Below are positions 1 through 10,390 of a stretch of 64,000 nucleotides of DNA, in pieces. The stretch is taken from NCBI GenBank assembly GCA_051878775.1, contig JBJEKT010000223.1, positions 1,520-65,519 of the forward strand, written 5' to 3'. The notes below the pieces were generated by a model. It was not told where the DNA came from, searched no databases, and saw nothing but the letters and a program-made list of their open reading frames with translations. The translations under genes were made by a program, and so were the position numbers. Position 1 is the first letter of the stretch; each line of letters opens with the position of its first letter. The stretch is from Bacteroides sp. Lineage in GTDB: Bacteria > Bacteroidota > Bacteroidia > Bacteroidales > Bacteroidaceae.

Positions 1-414
1 CTCCATCTGGTGGATGAAGATACGGAGGCTTTCAATCGCATCATGGCTGCCTTCGGGATGCCCAAGGGAACGGACGAGGAGAAGCGACTGCGCTCGGCTG
101 CTATCCAGGCTGGTACGCTCTTTGCCGCCCAGGTACCGCTGCAGACCATGAAGGTGGCTACGAAGGTCTTTGCCCTCTGCCGCGCGATGGTGGAGCAGGG
201 TAACCCCAACAGTGTATCGGATGCCGGAGTGGGTGTATTGGCTGCCCGTGCCGCCGTGATTGGTGCCGGCCTGAACGTGAAGATCAACGCCTCCTCGCTT
301 AAGGATAAGGAGAAGGCCGCTCAGCTCATCCAGGAAGCCGAACAGCTCATTGCCTCAGCCAAGCAGGAGGAAGCAGAAATCATTGCCCTCGTAGAACAGG
401 TTATTTTAAACTAA
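1..414 (+). CDS. Formiminotetrahydrofolate cyclodeaminase domain (C-terminal part of FTCD-type protein; 5' end outside window)
   Basis: Frame is open from base 1; motifs DEDTEAFN, GNPNSVSDAGVG, NVKIN; lies directly upstream of hutU. Confidence 0.85.
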   Translation, partial: LHLVDEDTEAFNRIMAAFGMPKGTDEEKRLRSAAIQAGTLFAAQVPLQTMKVATKVFALCRAMVEQGNPNSVSDAGVGVLAARAAVIGAGLNVKINASSLKDKEKAAQLIQEAEQLIASAKQEEAEIIALVEQVILN

Positions 415-479
415 AAACTAAAAGATAAAAACTAAAAACTAAAAATTTTTTAGCTTACTAACTTATTGATACTATTACC

Positions 480-2492
480 ATGACCAACGAACAATTTGCT
501 GCGGAAATCCGTGTGGGGATTCCTGAGGTGCTGCCTCAGGTGAAGCCCTACGATACCGAGATTAACCATGCACCTCGGCGTAAGGAGATTCTCACGCCTG
601 AGGAGAAGCGCTTGGCGCTCCGCAACGCGCTGAGATACTTTCCCAAGAAGCTGCATCAGGAGCTGGCTCCTGAATTTGCACAGGAACTGGAGTCCTACGG
701 ACGCATCTACATGTACCGCTTGCGTCCCGACTATGCGATGTACGCCCGTCCCATGGATGCCTATCCTCACCGGTCGCAACAGGCGGCGGCCATCATGATG
801 ATGATTCAGAATAACCTGGACCCCGCCGTGGCGCAGCATCCGCACGAGTTGATTACCTACGGTGGTAACGGGGCAGTGTTCCAGAACTGGGCACAATACC
901 GCCTTACAATGAAGTACCTCAGCGAGATGACTGACGAACAGACGCTGGTGATGTACTCCGGGCATCCGCTCGGTCTCTTTCCCTCCCACCGGGGAGCGCC
1001 GCGTGTGGTGGTGACCAACGGCATGGTGATACCCAACTACTCCAAGCCGGACGACTGGGAGCGGATGAATGCGCTGGGGGTGAGTCAATACGGACAGATG
1101 ACCGCTGGCTCCTACATGTACATCGGGCCGCAGGGCATCGTACACGGCACTACCATCACCGTGCTCAATGCGGCACGCAAACAGCTGAAGAAGGAGCCCG
1201 GACGGAAGGATATCCGCGGGATGCTCTTCGTATCGTCAGGTCTGGGAGGTATGTCGGGCGCTCAGCCTAAAGCTGGTAACATAGCAGGTGTGGTAAGTGT
1301 GGTGGCTGAAATCAATCCCAAGGCGGCGCAGAAGCGTTTTGACCAAGGGTGGGTGGACCAGCTCCACGACAACCTGGATGAATTGCTGCCTGCCATCCGT
1401 GAGGCAGTGGCCAGCAAGCAGACCCTCTCGATGGCCTACGTGGGCAACGTGGTGGATCTCTGGGAACGGCTGGCTGACGAGCAGGTGCCTGTCGATTTGG
1501 GCAGTGACCAGACCTCGCTTCACAACCCTTGGGCGGGAGGCTACTACCCCGTGGGCCTCACGCTGGAGGAGTCGAAGCAACTGATGGCCGAGCAGCCTGA
1601 GCGCTTCCGTGAGAAGGTGCAGGAGTCGCTTCGCCGACAGGTGGCTGCCATCAACCGACTCACGGCCCAGGGGATGTACTTCTTTGACTACGGCAACGCC
1701 TTCCTGCTGCAGTCGCAGCGTGCCGGAGCTGACATCCTGGGGGCCGACGGCAACTTCCGCTATCCCTCCTACGTGCAGGACATCATGGGACCGATGTTCT
1801 TTGATTACGGCTTCGGACCCTTCCGCTGGGTATGCACGTCGGGTGACGCCAACGACCTGGCCACCACGGACCGCCTGGCGGCCGAGGTGATGGAGCAGAT
1901 CCTGAAGGAGGCGCCTGAGGAGATACACGGCCAGATGGAGGATAACATCCACTGGATTAAGGAGGCGGGAAAGAACCGCCTGGTGGTAGGCTCGCAAGCC
2001 CGTATCCTCTATGCCGATGCCGAAGGACGCACCAAAATTGCCCTGGCCTTCAACGAGGCCATCCGGCGCGGCGAAATCAGCCGTCCCGTGGTGCTGGGAC
2101 GTGACCACCACGACGTGTCGGGCACCGACTCGCCTTTCCGTGAGACCAGCAACATCTACGACGGCTCGCAGTACTGTGCCGACATGGCCGTGCAGAACGT
2201 CATCGGTGACTCCTTCCGTGGTGCCACGTGGGTATCCATCCACAACGGAGGCGGCGTAGGCTGGGGCGAGGTAATCAATGGAGGCTTTGGCATGGTGATT
2301 GACGGCAGCGAGGAGAGCGACCGCCGCATCCGCGAGATGCTCTTCTGGGACGTCAACAACGGCATTGCCCGCCGCAGTTGGGCTCGCAACGAAGGCTCCA
2401 TGCACGCCATCCAGCGTGAGATGGAGCGCACCCCGGGCCTGCAAGTCACCCTCCCCAACCTGGTAGATGAAGAGATACTAAACATACTATAA
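480..2492 (+). CDS. hutU: Urocanate hydratase
   Basis: 670 aa long-form urocanase; YGQMTAGSYMYIGPQGIVHGT, GRDHHDVSGTDSPFRETSNI, HNGGGVGWG. Confidence 0.97.
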   Translation: MTNEQFAAEIRVGIPEVLPQVKPYDTEINHAPRRKEILTPEEKRLALRNALRYFPKKLHQELAPEFAQELESYGRIYMYRLRPDYAMYARPMDAYPHRSQQAAAIMMMIQNNLDPAVAQHPHELITYGGNGAVFQNWAQYRLTMKYLSEMTDEQTLVMYSGHPLGLFPSHRGAPRVVVTNGMVIPNYSKPDDWERMNALGVSQYGQMTAGSYMYIGPQGIVHGTTITVLNAARKQLKKEPGRKDIRGMLFVSSGLGGMSGAQPKAGNIAGVVSVVAEINPKAAQKRFDQGWVDQLHDNLDELLPAIREAVASKQTLSMAYVGNVVDLWERLADEQVPVDLGSDQTSLHNPWAGGYYPVGLTLEESKQLMAEQPERFREKVQESLRRQVAAINRLTAQGMYFFDYGNAFLLQSQRAGADILGADGNFRYPSYVQDIMGPMFFDYGFGPFRWVCTSGDANDLATTDRLAAEVMEQILKEAPEEIHGQMEDNIHWIKEAGKNRLVVGSQARILYADAEGRTKIALAFNEAIRRGEISRPVVLGRDHHDVSGTDSPFRETSNIYDGSQYCADMAVQNVIGDSFRGATWVSIHNGGGVGWGEVINGGFGMVIDGSEESDRRIREMLFWDVNNGIARRSWARNEGSMHAIQREMERTPGLQVTLPNLVDEEILNIL

Positions 2493-2520
2493 ACTTGTAG
2501 CTTGTAGCTTGTAACAAAAA

Positions 2521-3996
2521 ATGAAAAACCATCAAATATCATCCGAACACCTCACCATCCAGCGGATTGGTGAAATTATCGAACAGCGCCTGCACTTGGA
2601 GCTGAGCGAAGAGGCCCGTCAGCGCATCGTGCATTGCCGCGAATACCTCGACAAGAAGATTGCCGACAACGAACGCCCCGTCTATGGCGTGACCACGGGC
2701 TTCGGTTCGCTCTGCAATGTTTCCATCGGTCAGGACCACCTGGCCCATCTGCAGATTAACCTGATGATGTCGCATGCCTGCGGCACGGGCGACCGTGTAC
2801 CCAACGAGATTGTGAAGATTATGCTGCTGCTCAAGATACAGTCGTTGAGCTACGGCTATTCAGGCTGCAAGCTCGACACCGTGGAGCGGCTCATCGACTT
2901 CTTCAACAATGACATCTACCCCGTGGTCTATATGCAGGGTTCGCTCGGTGCCTCGGGCGACCTGGTGCCGCTGGCCCACCTCTCTCTGCCCCTCATCGGC
3001 ATGGGTGAGGTGGAGTACCAAGGGGAGGTCATCACGGGCAAGCAACTGCTCAAGACGATGGGTTGGCAGCCCATTCAGCTGGCTTCGAAGGAGGGACTCG
3101 CCCTACTCAATGGCACGCAGAATATGAGTGCCTTTGCCGTGTGGGCCCTGCTGCAAAGTCACCGGCTGAGTGAGTGGGCCGACCGGATTGCAGCCATGTC
3201 ACTCGATGCCTATTGCGGTCTGTTGGAGCCCTTTGCTGATGCGGTGCATCAGGTGCGTCCCCACAAGGGACAGATAGCCACTGCGGCCCGTCTGCGCGAG
3301 CTGCTGGCCGGCAGCGAAATCATGGAGCAGCCCAAGTCGTACGTGCAGGACCCGTACTCTTTCCGCTGCGTGCCGCAGGTACATGGTGCGGCTAAGGATA
3401 CCATCGGCTACGTGGAGAAGGTGATTGATACCGAAATCAACTCCGCCACCGACAATCCCACCGTCTGTCCCGACGAAGACCTCATCATCTCCGCCGGCAA
3501 CTTCCACGGCGAGCCCATCGCCCTGCCCATGGACTTCCTGGCTATCGCGCTGAGTGAGCTGGCCAACATCTCCGAGCGTCGCATCTACAAGCTCGTCTCC
3601 GGCACCCGTGGCCTGCCCAGCTTCCTGGTGGCCAATCCGGGCGTGAACAGCGGCTTCATGATTACGCAATATACCGCCGCCAGCATCGTGAGTCTGAACA
3701 AGAGCCTCTGTAACCCTGCCTCAGTGGATAGCATCCCCTCGTGCCAGGGGCAGGAGGACCACGTCAGCATGGGAGCCAATGCCGCCATCAAGCTCTATAA
3801 GGTGGTGCTCAACACCGAGCGCGTGCTGGCCATCGAGCTCTTCAATGCCGCCCAGGCGCTGGAGTTCCGCCGCCCGCTCAAGTCCTCGCCCGCCATTCAG
3901 GAAATCTTCAAGGCTTACCGCAAGGAGGTGCCTTTCATTATAAATGATGAAGTCATGTATCCCTACATTCAGAAGTCGATTGACTTCTTGCGCTGA
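2521..3996 (+). CDS. hutH: Histidine ammonia-lyase
   Basis: GSLGASGDL (MIO-forming ASG), VYGVTTGFG, QDPYSFRC, QEDHVSMG. Confidence 0.97.
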   Translation: MKNHQISSEHLTIQRIGEIIEQRLHLELSEEARQRIVHCREYLDKKIADNERPVYGVTTGFGSLCNVSIGQDHLAHLQINLMMSHACGTGDRVPNEIVKIMLLLKIQSLSYGYSGCKLDTVERLIDFFNNDIYPVVYMQGSLGASGDLVPLAHLSLPLIGMGEVEYQGEVITGKQLLKTMGWQPIQLASKEGLALLNGTQNMSAFAVWALLQSHRLSEWADRIAAMSLDAYCGLLEPFADAVHQVRPHKGQIATAARLRELLAGSEIMEQPKSYVQDPYSFRCVPQVHGAAKDTIGYVEKVIDTEINSATDNPTVCPDEDLIISAGNFHGEPIALPMDFLAIALSELANISERRIYKLVSGTRGLPSFLVANPGVNSGFMITQYTAASIVSLNKSLCNPASVDSIPSCQGQEDHVSMGANAAIKLYKVVLNTERVLAIELFNAAQALEFRRPLKSSPAIQEIFKAYRKEVPFIINDEVMYPYIQKSIDFLR

Positions 3997-4013
3997 GCAG
4001 AAAGGAGGAACGG

Positions 4014-5279
4014 ATGATGCGTACATGGATATACAATATCGGATGCCTGGCTGGGGTGGATCACCACGGTAAACTGCGCCTGCAAGGGAAGGAAATGGCC
4101 CACTTGGAGCGTCTGGAGAATGCCTGGTTGCTCGTAGAGGATGAGCGGATAGCCGGCTTTGGAACGATGGCCGATTGGCACATGGCACAGGGCCAGATGG
4201 GCGCTACGACTGGACAGGTGGACGTGGAGGTGGATGCCCGGGGCGGCTACGTGCTGCCCTGCTGGTGCGACCCCCATACCCACATTGTCTATGCCGGCAG
4301 CCGGGAGGGGGAGTTTGTGGATAAAATCCGTGGTTTGAGCTACGAGGAGATTGCAAAGCGGGGTGGGGGAATACTCAACTCCGCCGACCGCCTCCATCAG
4401 ACCTCCGAGGAGGAGCTCTACCGCCAGGCCCTGGAGCGTGCCCACGAGATGATGCACAAGGGTACAGGTTGCATCGAGATAAAGAGCGGCTATGGGCTCA
4501 ATACGGCCGACGAGCTGAAGATGCTCCGCGTCATCCGCCGCCTGAAGGAGAGCCTGCCCGTGCGTATCGTCTCCACCTTCCTTGGCGCCCATGCCGTGGG
4601 CAGAGGCTACAGTCAGACTGAGTATGTCGATAAGGTGGTGAACGAGATGATACCCGAGGTGGGCCGGCAGCAGTTGGCCGACTATATCGACGTCTTCTGT
4701 GATAAAGGATTCTTTACACCCGAAGAGACCGCACGCATCCTGGAGGCTGGAGCCAAGTGGGGGATGCAGCCTAAGATTCATGCCGACGAACTGGCCTCGT
4801 CGGGTGGTGTGGTGGTGGGCGTGGAGCATCAGGCCCTCTCGGTGGATCACCTGGAGCGCATGGCCGATGAGCAGCTGGAGACCCTGCGGGGCAGCCGGAC
4901 GATGCCTACCGCCCTGCCTGGCACCTCCTTCTTCCTCAACATGCCCTTCGCACCGGCCCGACGGATGATTGATGCTGGACTGGGTGTGGCCGTGGCAAGC
5001 GATTACAACCCGGGTTCCACCCCCTCGGGCGACATGAAGTTTGTGGTCTCCCTGGCCTGCATCAAGATGCGTCTGCTGCCCGAGGAGGCGCTGAATGCGG
5101 CCACGCTCAACGCCGCCTACGCCATGGGGCTGAGCGAGGAGTACGGCTCCATAGCCGTGGGCAAGGTGGCCAACTTCTTCCTCACCAAGCCCATTCCCTC
5201 GCTGGATTACATCCCGTATGCCTACACCACGCCGCTGGTAGAGCGCCTCTTCCTCCGTGGAAAAGAGTGGATGATGTAG
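4014..5279 (+). CDS. hutI: Imidazolonepropionase
   Basis: DPHTH, EIKSGYGL, TFLGAHA, SDYNPGS amidohydrolase motifs; hut context. Confidence 0.95.
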   Translation: MMRTWIYNIGCLAGVDHHGKLRLQGKEMAHLERLENAWLLVEDERIAGFGTMADWHMAQGQMGATTGQVDVEVDARGGYVLPCWCDPHTHIVYAGSREGEFVDKIRGLSYEEIAKRGGGILNSADRLHQTSEEELYRQALERAHEMMHKGTGCIEIKSGYGLNTADELKMLRVIRRLKESLPVRIVSTFLGAHAVGRGYSQTEYVDKVVNEMIPEVGRQQLADYIDVFCDKGFFTPEETARILEAGAKWGMQPKIHADELASSGGVVVGVEHQALSVDHLERMADEQLETLRGSRTMPTALPGTSFFLNMPFAPARRMIDAGLGVAVASDYNPGSTPSGDMKFVVSLACIKMRLLPEEALNAATLNAAYAMGLSEEYGSIAVGKVANFFLTKPIPSLDYIPYAYTTPLVERLFLRGKEWMM

Positions 5280-5303
5280 TTGATGTAAATCAAAAAATTG
5301 TAT

Positions 5304-5342
5304 AGCCCCGTATTTTGCTCGATGCAATCTGCGGGGCTTTTT
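5304..5342 (+). terminator. Probable intrinsic terminator after hutI
   Basis: AGCCCCG...CGGGGCT stem followed by a T-run. Confidence 0.55.
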
Positions 5343-5407
5343 GTACCTTTGCCGGCTGAAAACAAAAGAATGCTATCTGTATGATTTGGCTGATAAAGAA
5401 TAAAGGG

Positions 5408-6730
5408 ATGAAGGGACAGCTTGGCAAACTGGTTCTTCCTATTTTTATTGAGACTTCGCTTGTCATGATGCTGGGTGCCGTGGACACGGTGATGTTGAGC
5501 CAGTACTCGGACAACTCGGTGGCCGCAGTGGGGGTGGTGAATCAGTTGGTCAACCTGGCCGTACTGGTCTTCCAGGTCATTAGTTTCGGCACGACGGTGC
5601 TCTGTTCACAGTATCTTGGTGCAGGACTCAAAGAGCGAATGGTGCAGGCCACGGGTGTGGCTATCGTGCTGAATGGGGTCTGTGGCTTGTTGATCAGTGC
5701 GTTGCTCTATGGGTGTTGCACAGGGATGCTGCAGCTGATGGGGCTTCGTCCCGAACTGCTCACTGAGGGGGTGAGCTATATGCGCATAGTGGGGTTGTTT
5801 GCCTTTTTCCAGGCCATCTCGTTGGCCATCAGTGCCTCACTGCGCAGTGCGGACAAGGTTATCTATCCCATGATGGTCACTGTGGTGGTCAATATCCTCA
5901 ATATCCTGGGCAACTATACGCTGATTTTCGGTAAATTCGGTATGCCGGCCTTGGGGGTAGAAGGGGCTGCCATATCCACCAGCATAGCCCGTGGTGTGAG
6001 CATGGTGATCCTGCTTGTCATCCTGTTTCGCAAGCACATACCCTCCTTTCCGTTGAGGTTGTTCCGGCCCTTCCCGTGGATTGAACTCAAAAACCTGTTG
6101 AAGGTGGGTACTCCTGCAGCGGGCGAGGAAATCAGCTATAGCGGGTCACAGGTGGTGATAACCTTTTTCATCAACATGTTGGGCAACGAAGCGCTTGCTA
6201 CCCGTACGTATTGTTGGAACATGATATTCTTTGTCTATATTTTTTCCATCGCCGTAGGGCAGGGAGGGGCCATACTTATCGGACATCTGGTGGGAGAGAA
6301 GAAGGTGACCGCAGCCTATCTGCTGGGGTGCTACACCCGGCGTCTGGCTATCATGGTGTCCGTTGTGCTCTCCTTGGGATTGGCCCTTTGCGGAGGCTGG
6401 GTATTGGAGTGGCTCACGGACAATCCGGCTATCATCGAGATGGGTAAGATTATTTTGTGGATTGACGTCGTACTGGAGGTGGGGCGTGCCATCAACATCT
6501 GGGCTACCCAGGCCCTGCGTGCTACGGGTGATGTGAATTATCAGTTTTATGTGGGCATCACCGTGCAATGGCTGGTATCAGTACTGCTCAGCTACCTGTT
6601 CGGCATCCATTGGGGGTATGGGTTGATAGGCATGTGGATAAGCTTTATGTTGGACGAGAATATCCGTGGGCTGATCTTTATCCATCGTTGGCATTCCATG
6701 AAGTGGGCCACGAAGAGTTTTGTCAAATGA
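5408..6730 (+). CDS. MATE family efflux transporter
   Basis: About 12 hydrophobic segments; GAVDTVMLSQYSDNSVAAVG and FGKFGMPALGVEGAAIST motifs; TACCTTTG -7 box at 5344. Confidence 0.9.
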   Translation: MKGQLGKLVLPIFIETSLVMMLGAVDTVMLSQYSDNSVAAVGVVNQLVNLAVLVFQVISFGTTVLCSQYLGAGLKERMVQATGVAIVLNGVCGLLISALLYGCCTGMLQLMGLRPELLTEGVSYMRIVGLFAFFQAISLAISASLRSADKVIYPMMVTVVVNILNILGNYTLIFGKFGMPALGVEGAAISTSIARGVSMVILLVILFRKHIPSFPLRLFRPFPWIELKNLLKVGTPAAGEEISYSGSQVVITFFINMLGNEALATRTYCWNMIFFVYIFSIAVGQGGAILIGHLVGEKKVTAAYLLGCYTRRLAIMVSVVLSLGLALCGGWVLEWLTDNPAIIEMGKIILWIDVVLEVGRAINIWATQALRATGDVNYQFYVGITVQWLVSVLLSYLFGIHWGYGLIGMWISFMLDENIRGLIFIHRWHSMKWATKSFVK

Positions 6731-6790
6731 CCTGGTTCTCATGCAATTTAGTTGAATGGAGTCCCGTACCTGTAGGGGCGGAAAAACTCT

Positions 6791-7570
6791 TCAGCAGATG
6801 CGCAGCCGTACCCAGAGCCAGCGGGGAATCAGCTGCCAGAAGAAGACCAGCAGCCGGTAGAGCCCGTTGATGGTGACCACGGATTGACGGCGTTCTATGG
6901 CACGAACAATAGCTACAGCCACCTGCGCGGCATCCAGCTGCATGGGGAAGTGGCTGCCTTCGATGAGCGGTGTGCGAACGAACCCCGGGCGGATGTCGGT
7001 GATGTGGATGTGGTGCAGGCGCTTGATGTGCGCCAGCTGGCAGAGGCACTCCAGGTAGTGGCTTGTAAACCTTTTGGAGGCAGAGTAGGCCGGAGCCGCC
7101 CCAAGTCCTTTGGTACGTGCGATGGAGCTGATGACGGCCAGTTGTCCCTCCCTTTCGGGATGCGCCTCAAAGTAGCGGAACGCCTCGCCCACGAGCCGCG
7201 TCATACCTAGGCAGTTGGTTTCCACGGTGCGCAGCTCCTTCTCCGCCTCAAGCGGTGTGTTCTGGTAGCCGATGCCCGAGCTATGGAAGTAGAGCTCCAT
7301 GCTCCCCAGTTTACCGATAAGACGATGCAATCCCTCAGCAGCGTCAGCAGCCGTCACATCAATCACCTCGTACGCCACGATGCCCTCGTGCTCAGCGACC
7401 ATCCTGCGCAGTATCTCCTCCCGTCTGCCAGCCACGCCCACGTGCCATCCCTGCCGTGCGAGCAGCAGTGCCACCTCCTGTCCAATCCCCGAGGTAGCCC
7501 CCATGACAACGACCCTCTTCGGATACATCTCCTCTTTCTTTTCCTTTATCTTGTCTGTCATATCCTTCAT
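6791..7570 (-). CDS. Short-chain dehydrogenase/reductase
   Basis: GATSGIG Rossmann motif, YSASK catalytic motif, RPGFVRT. Confidence 0.9.
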   Translation of the reverse strand: MKDMTDKIKEKKEEMYPKRVVVMGATSGIGQEVALLLARQGWHVGVAGRREEILRRMVAEHEGIVAYEVIDVTAADAAEGLHRLIGKLGSMELYFHSSGIGYQNTPLEAEKELRTVETNCLGMTRLVGEAFRYFEAHPEREGQLAVISSIARTKGLGAAPAYSASKRFTSHYLECLCQLAHIKRLHHIHITDIRPGFVRTPLIEGSHFPMQLDAAQVAVAIVRAIERRQSVVTINGLYRLLVFFWQLIPRWLWVRLRIC

Positions 7571-7737
7571 GCAATGCTTCTGCTATGGTTTAAAAATTCA
7601 TCGGCAAAGATAGCCTTTTATGTTTGAACCACTACGCTAAGGGGTGAAAAAAAGGAGTTACCGTAGTAGTTTAACGCGATTTTTCCTATTACATATCAAA
7701 AAAACGATTATCTTTTCACCCAGACAATAGTGATGGT

Positions 7738-8564
7738 ATGACAGAGAACAGAATCATTGGACGCAAGCAGGAGATTCGCTTATTGGGTGAACTCTATGAC
7801 AGCCCTAAGGCTGAATTGGCAGCCGTGTATGGGAGACGACGCATCGGTAAGACATTCCTTATCGACAAACTTTTCGGTGGCCAATACGATTTCTACATGA
7901 CGGGTATCTATGAAGGTACTCGCAAGGAGCAACTGCAGAACTTTGTCTCAATGAACTGAAGTGTGAAGACACGGGATTCTTTTCAGAGGTGCTGGCCGAT
8001 CTCTGCAACTGCGACTTCATCCGTCGCTATTCAGCTTTCGGCAGGAGCGAACGTGATATGATGTATCAGCTGACTGACCTTTATACCTTGTTTTACCTGC
8101 GTCACGTCAGGACGTACAATGGGGGTGACGTAGATTATTGGAGCCACCGTCAGATGGACATCTCCCCGTGGGAGGGGTATGCGTTTGAGCAGGTATGCCT
8201 TCACCATATCCAGCAGATTAAGTCAGCCTTAGGCATCTCGGGCATATTGGCTAATGTCTGCTCCTTCTCTTGGCAGGCCTTCATTGACAAGGAGGGGAAG
8301 AACCATCGTGGAGGTCAGATAGACCTGATTATCGACCGTGGCGACAAGACAATCAATCTGTGTGAGATGAAGTATGTCAGCGGTAAATATGCCATTTCGC
8401 AGGAGTATGCTCACCGCCTCGTGGAGCGACGCGAGGCCTTCAGAAGCCTGACTTCGACAGATAAGTCCCTCAACCTGACCATGATTACAGCCGATGGCCT
8501 TGAACACAATGAAGGTTGGCATACCGTACAGAATGAGCTGACGTTGGATGATTTGTTTCAGTGA
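7738..8564 (+). pseudogene. Internally deleted archaeal-type ATPase (ATPase_2) with C-terminal PD-(D/E)XK-like domain
   Basis: N-fragment IIGRKQE...YGRRRIGKT stops at 7959; C-fragment in another frame (QIDLIIDR...NLCEMK); the Walker B/central region expected for the family is absent. Confidence 0.75.
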
Positions 8565-8565
8565 A

Positions 8566-8603
8566 AAAAAGGGGACCAGCCTTCTGGTGGCCAATCCCCT
8601 TTT
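8566..8603. terminator. Bidirectional terminator between convergent genes
   Basis: AAAAGGGGA...TCCCCTTTT stem. Confidence 0.55.
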
Positions 8604-8624
8604 CTCAAAGAACGTCTGGAATGC

Positions 8625-9059
8625 TTATTTGATTTCGATTACCTTGCACTCCTTGGCTTTCTCGTCCTGAGTCTTTTGCTTCTTCGGCAGGTCAATGGTC
8701 AGCACGCCATCGTTGACGGCGGCACTGATGTGCTCCTTCTCCACGTCATCAGGCAGAATCAGTGTCTGCTGGAACTTAGAGTAAGAGAACTCGCGTCGCA
8801 GGTACTTGTTGTTGTTATCCTTCGTCTCGTTTTTCTTCTCCATCGAGATGACAAGCTGGTCTTCATCGGCCAAATGTACGCAGAAGTCCTCCTTGGTCAT
8901 ACCTGGAGCAGCCACTTCCACTTTGTAATCCGTCTCGTTTTCGATGACATTCACGGCCGGTGTTGTAGCGTTAGCTTTCGTCATCCAGTCGTTGTCAAAG
9001 AAATCACTAAAGATACTCGGTAACCATTCTTGATTGTTTCTTCTTACGGGTGTCATCAT
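8625..9059 (-). CDS. Hsp20/alpha-crystallin small heat-shock protein
   Basis: PAVNVIE...VAAPG, RREFSYSKF, AAVNDGVLTIDLPK. Confidence 0.95.
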   Translation of the reverse strand: MMTPVRRNNQEWLPSIFSDFFDNDWMTKANATTPAVNVIENETDYKVEVAAPGMTKEDFCVHLADEDQLVISMEKKNETKDNNNKYLRREFSYSKFQQTLILPDDVEKEHISAAVNDGVLTIDLPKKQKTQDEKAKECKVIEIK

Positions 9060-9125
9060 TTTAATCTCCTATAATTTAATTGTTTAACTTCTATCTTGAT
9101 TGCTTTCGCAATACACCCATGGTTG

Positions 9126-9142
9126 GGCAAAAGCTGTGCCTA
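9126..9142 (-). promoter_or_regulatory. Sigma54-like -24/-12 promoter for hsp20
   Basis: Minus strand TAGGCACAGCTTTTGCC, i.e. GG-N10-GC, about 65 bp upstream of the start codon. Confidence 0.55.
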
Positions 9143-9230
9143 TCCCCCACTAGGCCGGAGATGAAGCGTGACGTTTAACCCCCGTTGCACATTCAGGCGC
9201 AGAATTTATACATGTGCAAACATTGACGTG

Positions 9231-9281
9231 GACAAAATGTCTGCATAGTGGACAAATTGTCACCAGGATTGACAAAGCATC
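9231..9281. promoter_or_regulatory. Three GACA-N3-TGTC-type boxes at 20-bp spacing upstream of hsp20
   Basis: GACAAAATGTC (9231), GACAAATTGTC (9251), degenerate GACAAAGCATC (9271). Confidence 0.5.
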
Positions 9282-9441
9282 ATTTCTTTGTGCCCGTCGG
9301 CCTTTTCGGACAGCAATAGTCAATGATGACAAGCAAATCTTCCTATAGTTTTATCGTAGGGTTATAAATCTTAACAAGTAATTCTAAAGAACCTCTAAGG
9401 TAACTCTATGGTAACTCTGTTGCAAGGCTAAAGTGAAGCCC

Positions 9442-9524
9442 ATATGAAGTCGATATGAACTCGATGAATCTCTACTATTTCATCGACTTCATATCGAGTT
9501 CATATCGAGTTCATATCGAGTTCA
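9442..9524. repeat. 11-bp tandem repeats (CATATCGAGTT) arranged as a 27-bp-arm inverted repeat
   Basis: 9442-9468 is complementary to 9479-9505 with 2 mismatches; further direct copies run to 9524. Confidence 0.75.
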
Positions 9525-9768
9525 CCCCCTAGTTACTTTAGTGTAAGTATAGAGGAACGTTAGATTGGCTGTTGAGGAGCGCCCTCCATGAGTGCGAAAG
9601 AAAAATATAGACAATAGGACATTGTTTACCTTTTAACGCACTTGTTCTATTGCAAGAGCAAGAACAGGGAAACTGATGCCGACTGAGAAAATTCCACCAA
9701 GAAAGTTTGTTTATTGGATAGAATGCCTTAATTTTGTACACGTAAGTTGAACATAAAACCTGAAACGT

Positions 9769-9960
9769 ATGGGACTTTTTGATTTCTTCATTGCAAGCAC
9801 AGTGATTAACGGCGTGAAAAAAGCAAAGCGTAATGATTCGCATTCTACGTATGACCGTTCGTCAGACCATTCTGATTATAGGTATGGGGAGGACCATAAT
9901 GACAGTCCCTATGATTCTGGTTATGGAGATGATGGTTGTGACAATGATAGCGACTGGTAG
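9769..9960 (+). CDS. Small hypothetical protein (hydrophobic N-terminus, D/S/Y-rich tail)
   Basis: ATG with A-rich leader; TAATTTTG -7 box near 9728; strongly biased composition. Confidence 0.45.
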   Translation: MGLFDFFIASTVINGVKKAKRNDSHSTYDRSSDHSDYRYGEDHNDSPYDSGYGDDGCDNDSDW

Positions 9961-10390
9961 TATAGATGCCATACATAGGTAGAATCCTATGCTCTACAAA
10001 AGATTTTTTTGAGTCATTTTGTTGTCATGTTGCAACACTGATTGATATACAACGTATTACGGGTGGCAACAAGGGTGGCAACAACACGTTTTATCTCTCA
10101 TTTCATACCCTTTTTGAGGGTGCTTTTGATGGGTTATTCTCTTTTCGGTTATTCATGCGATACATCCTTACTATTAGAGATACAGTTGTTCCGCACAGGT
10201 CTGGAAAACTGTCCAGACCTATGCGGACAAACGTCCGGACATGCTCGGACAAATGTCCGCGCCTGTTGTCCCATAGGTGTTATCTCTTCTTTTTAATAAT
10301 TAGGGGTGGTATACTTTTAAGTTAGAATATACAGAGCAGTATTTGTAATGTGAGATAGTGTATTAAATTTGCTACCGATAGAATAGAAGA

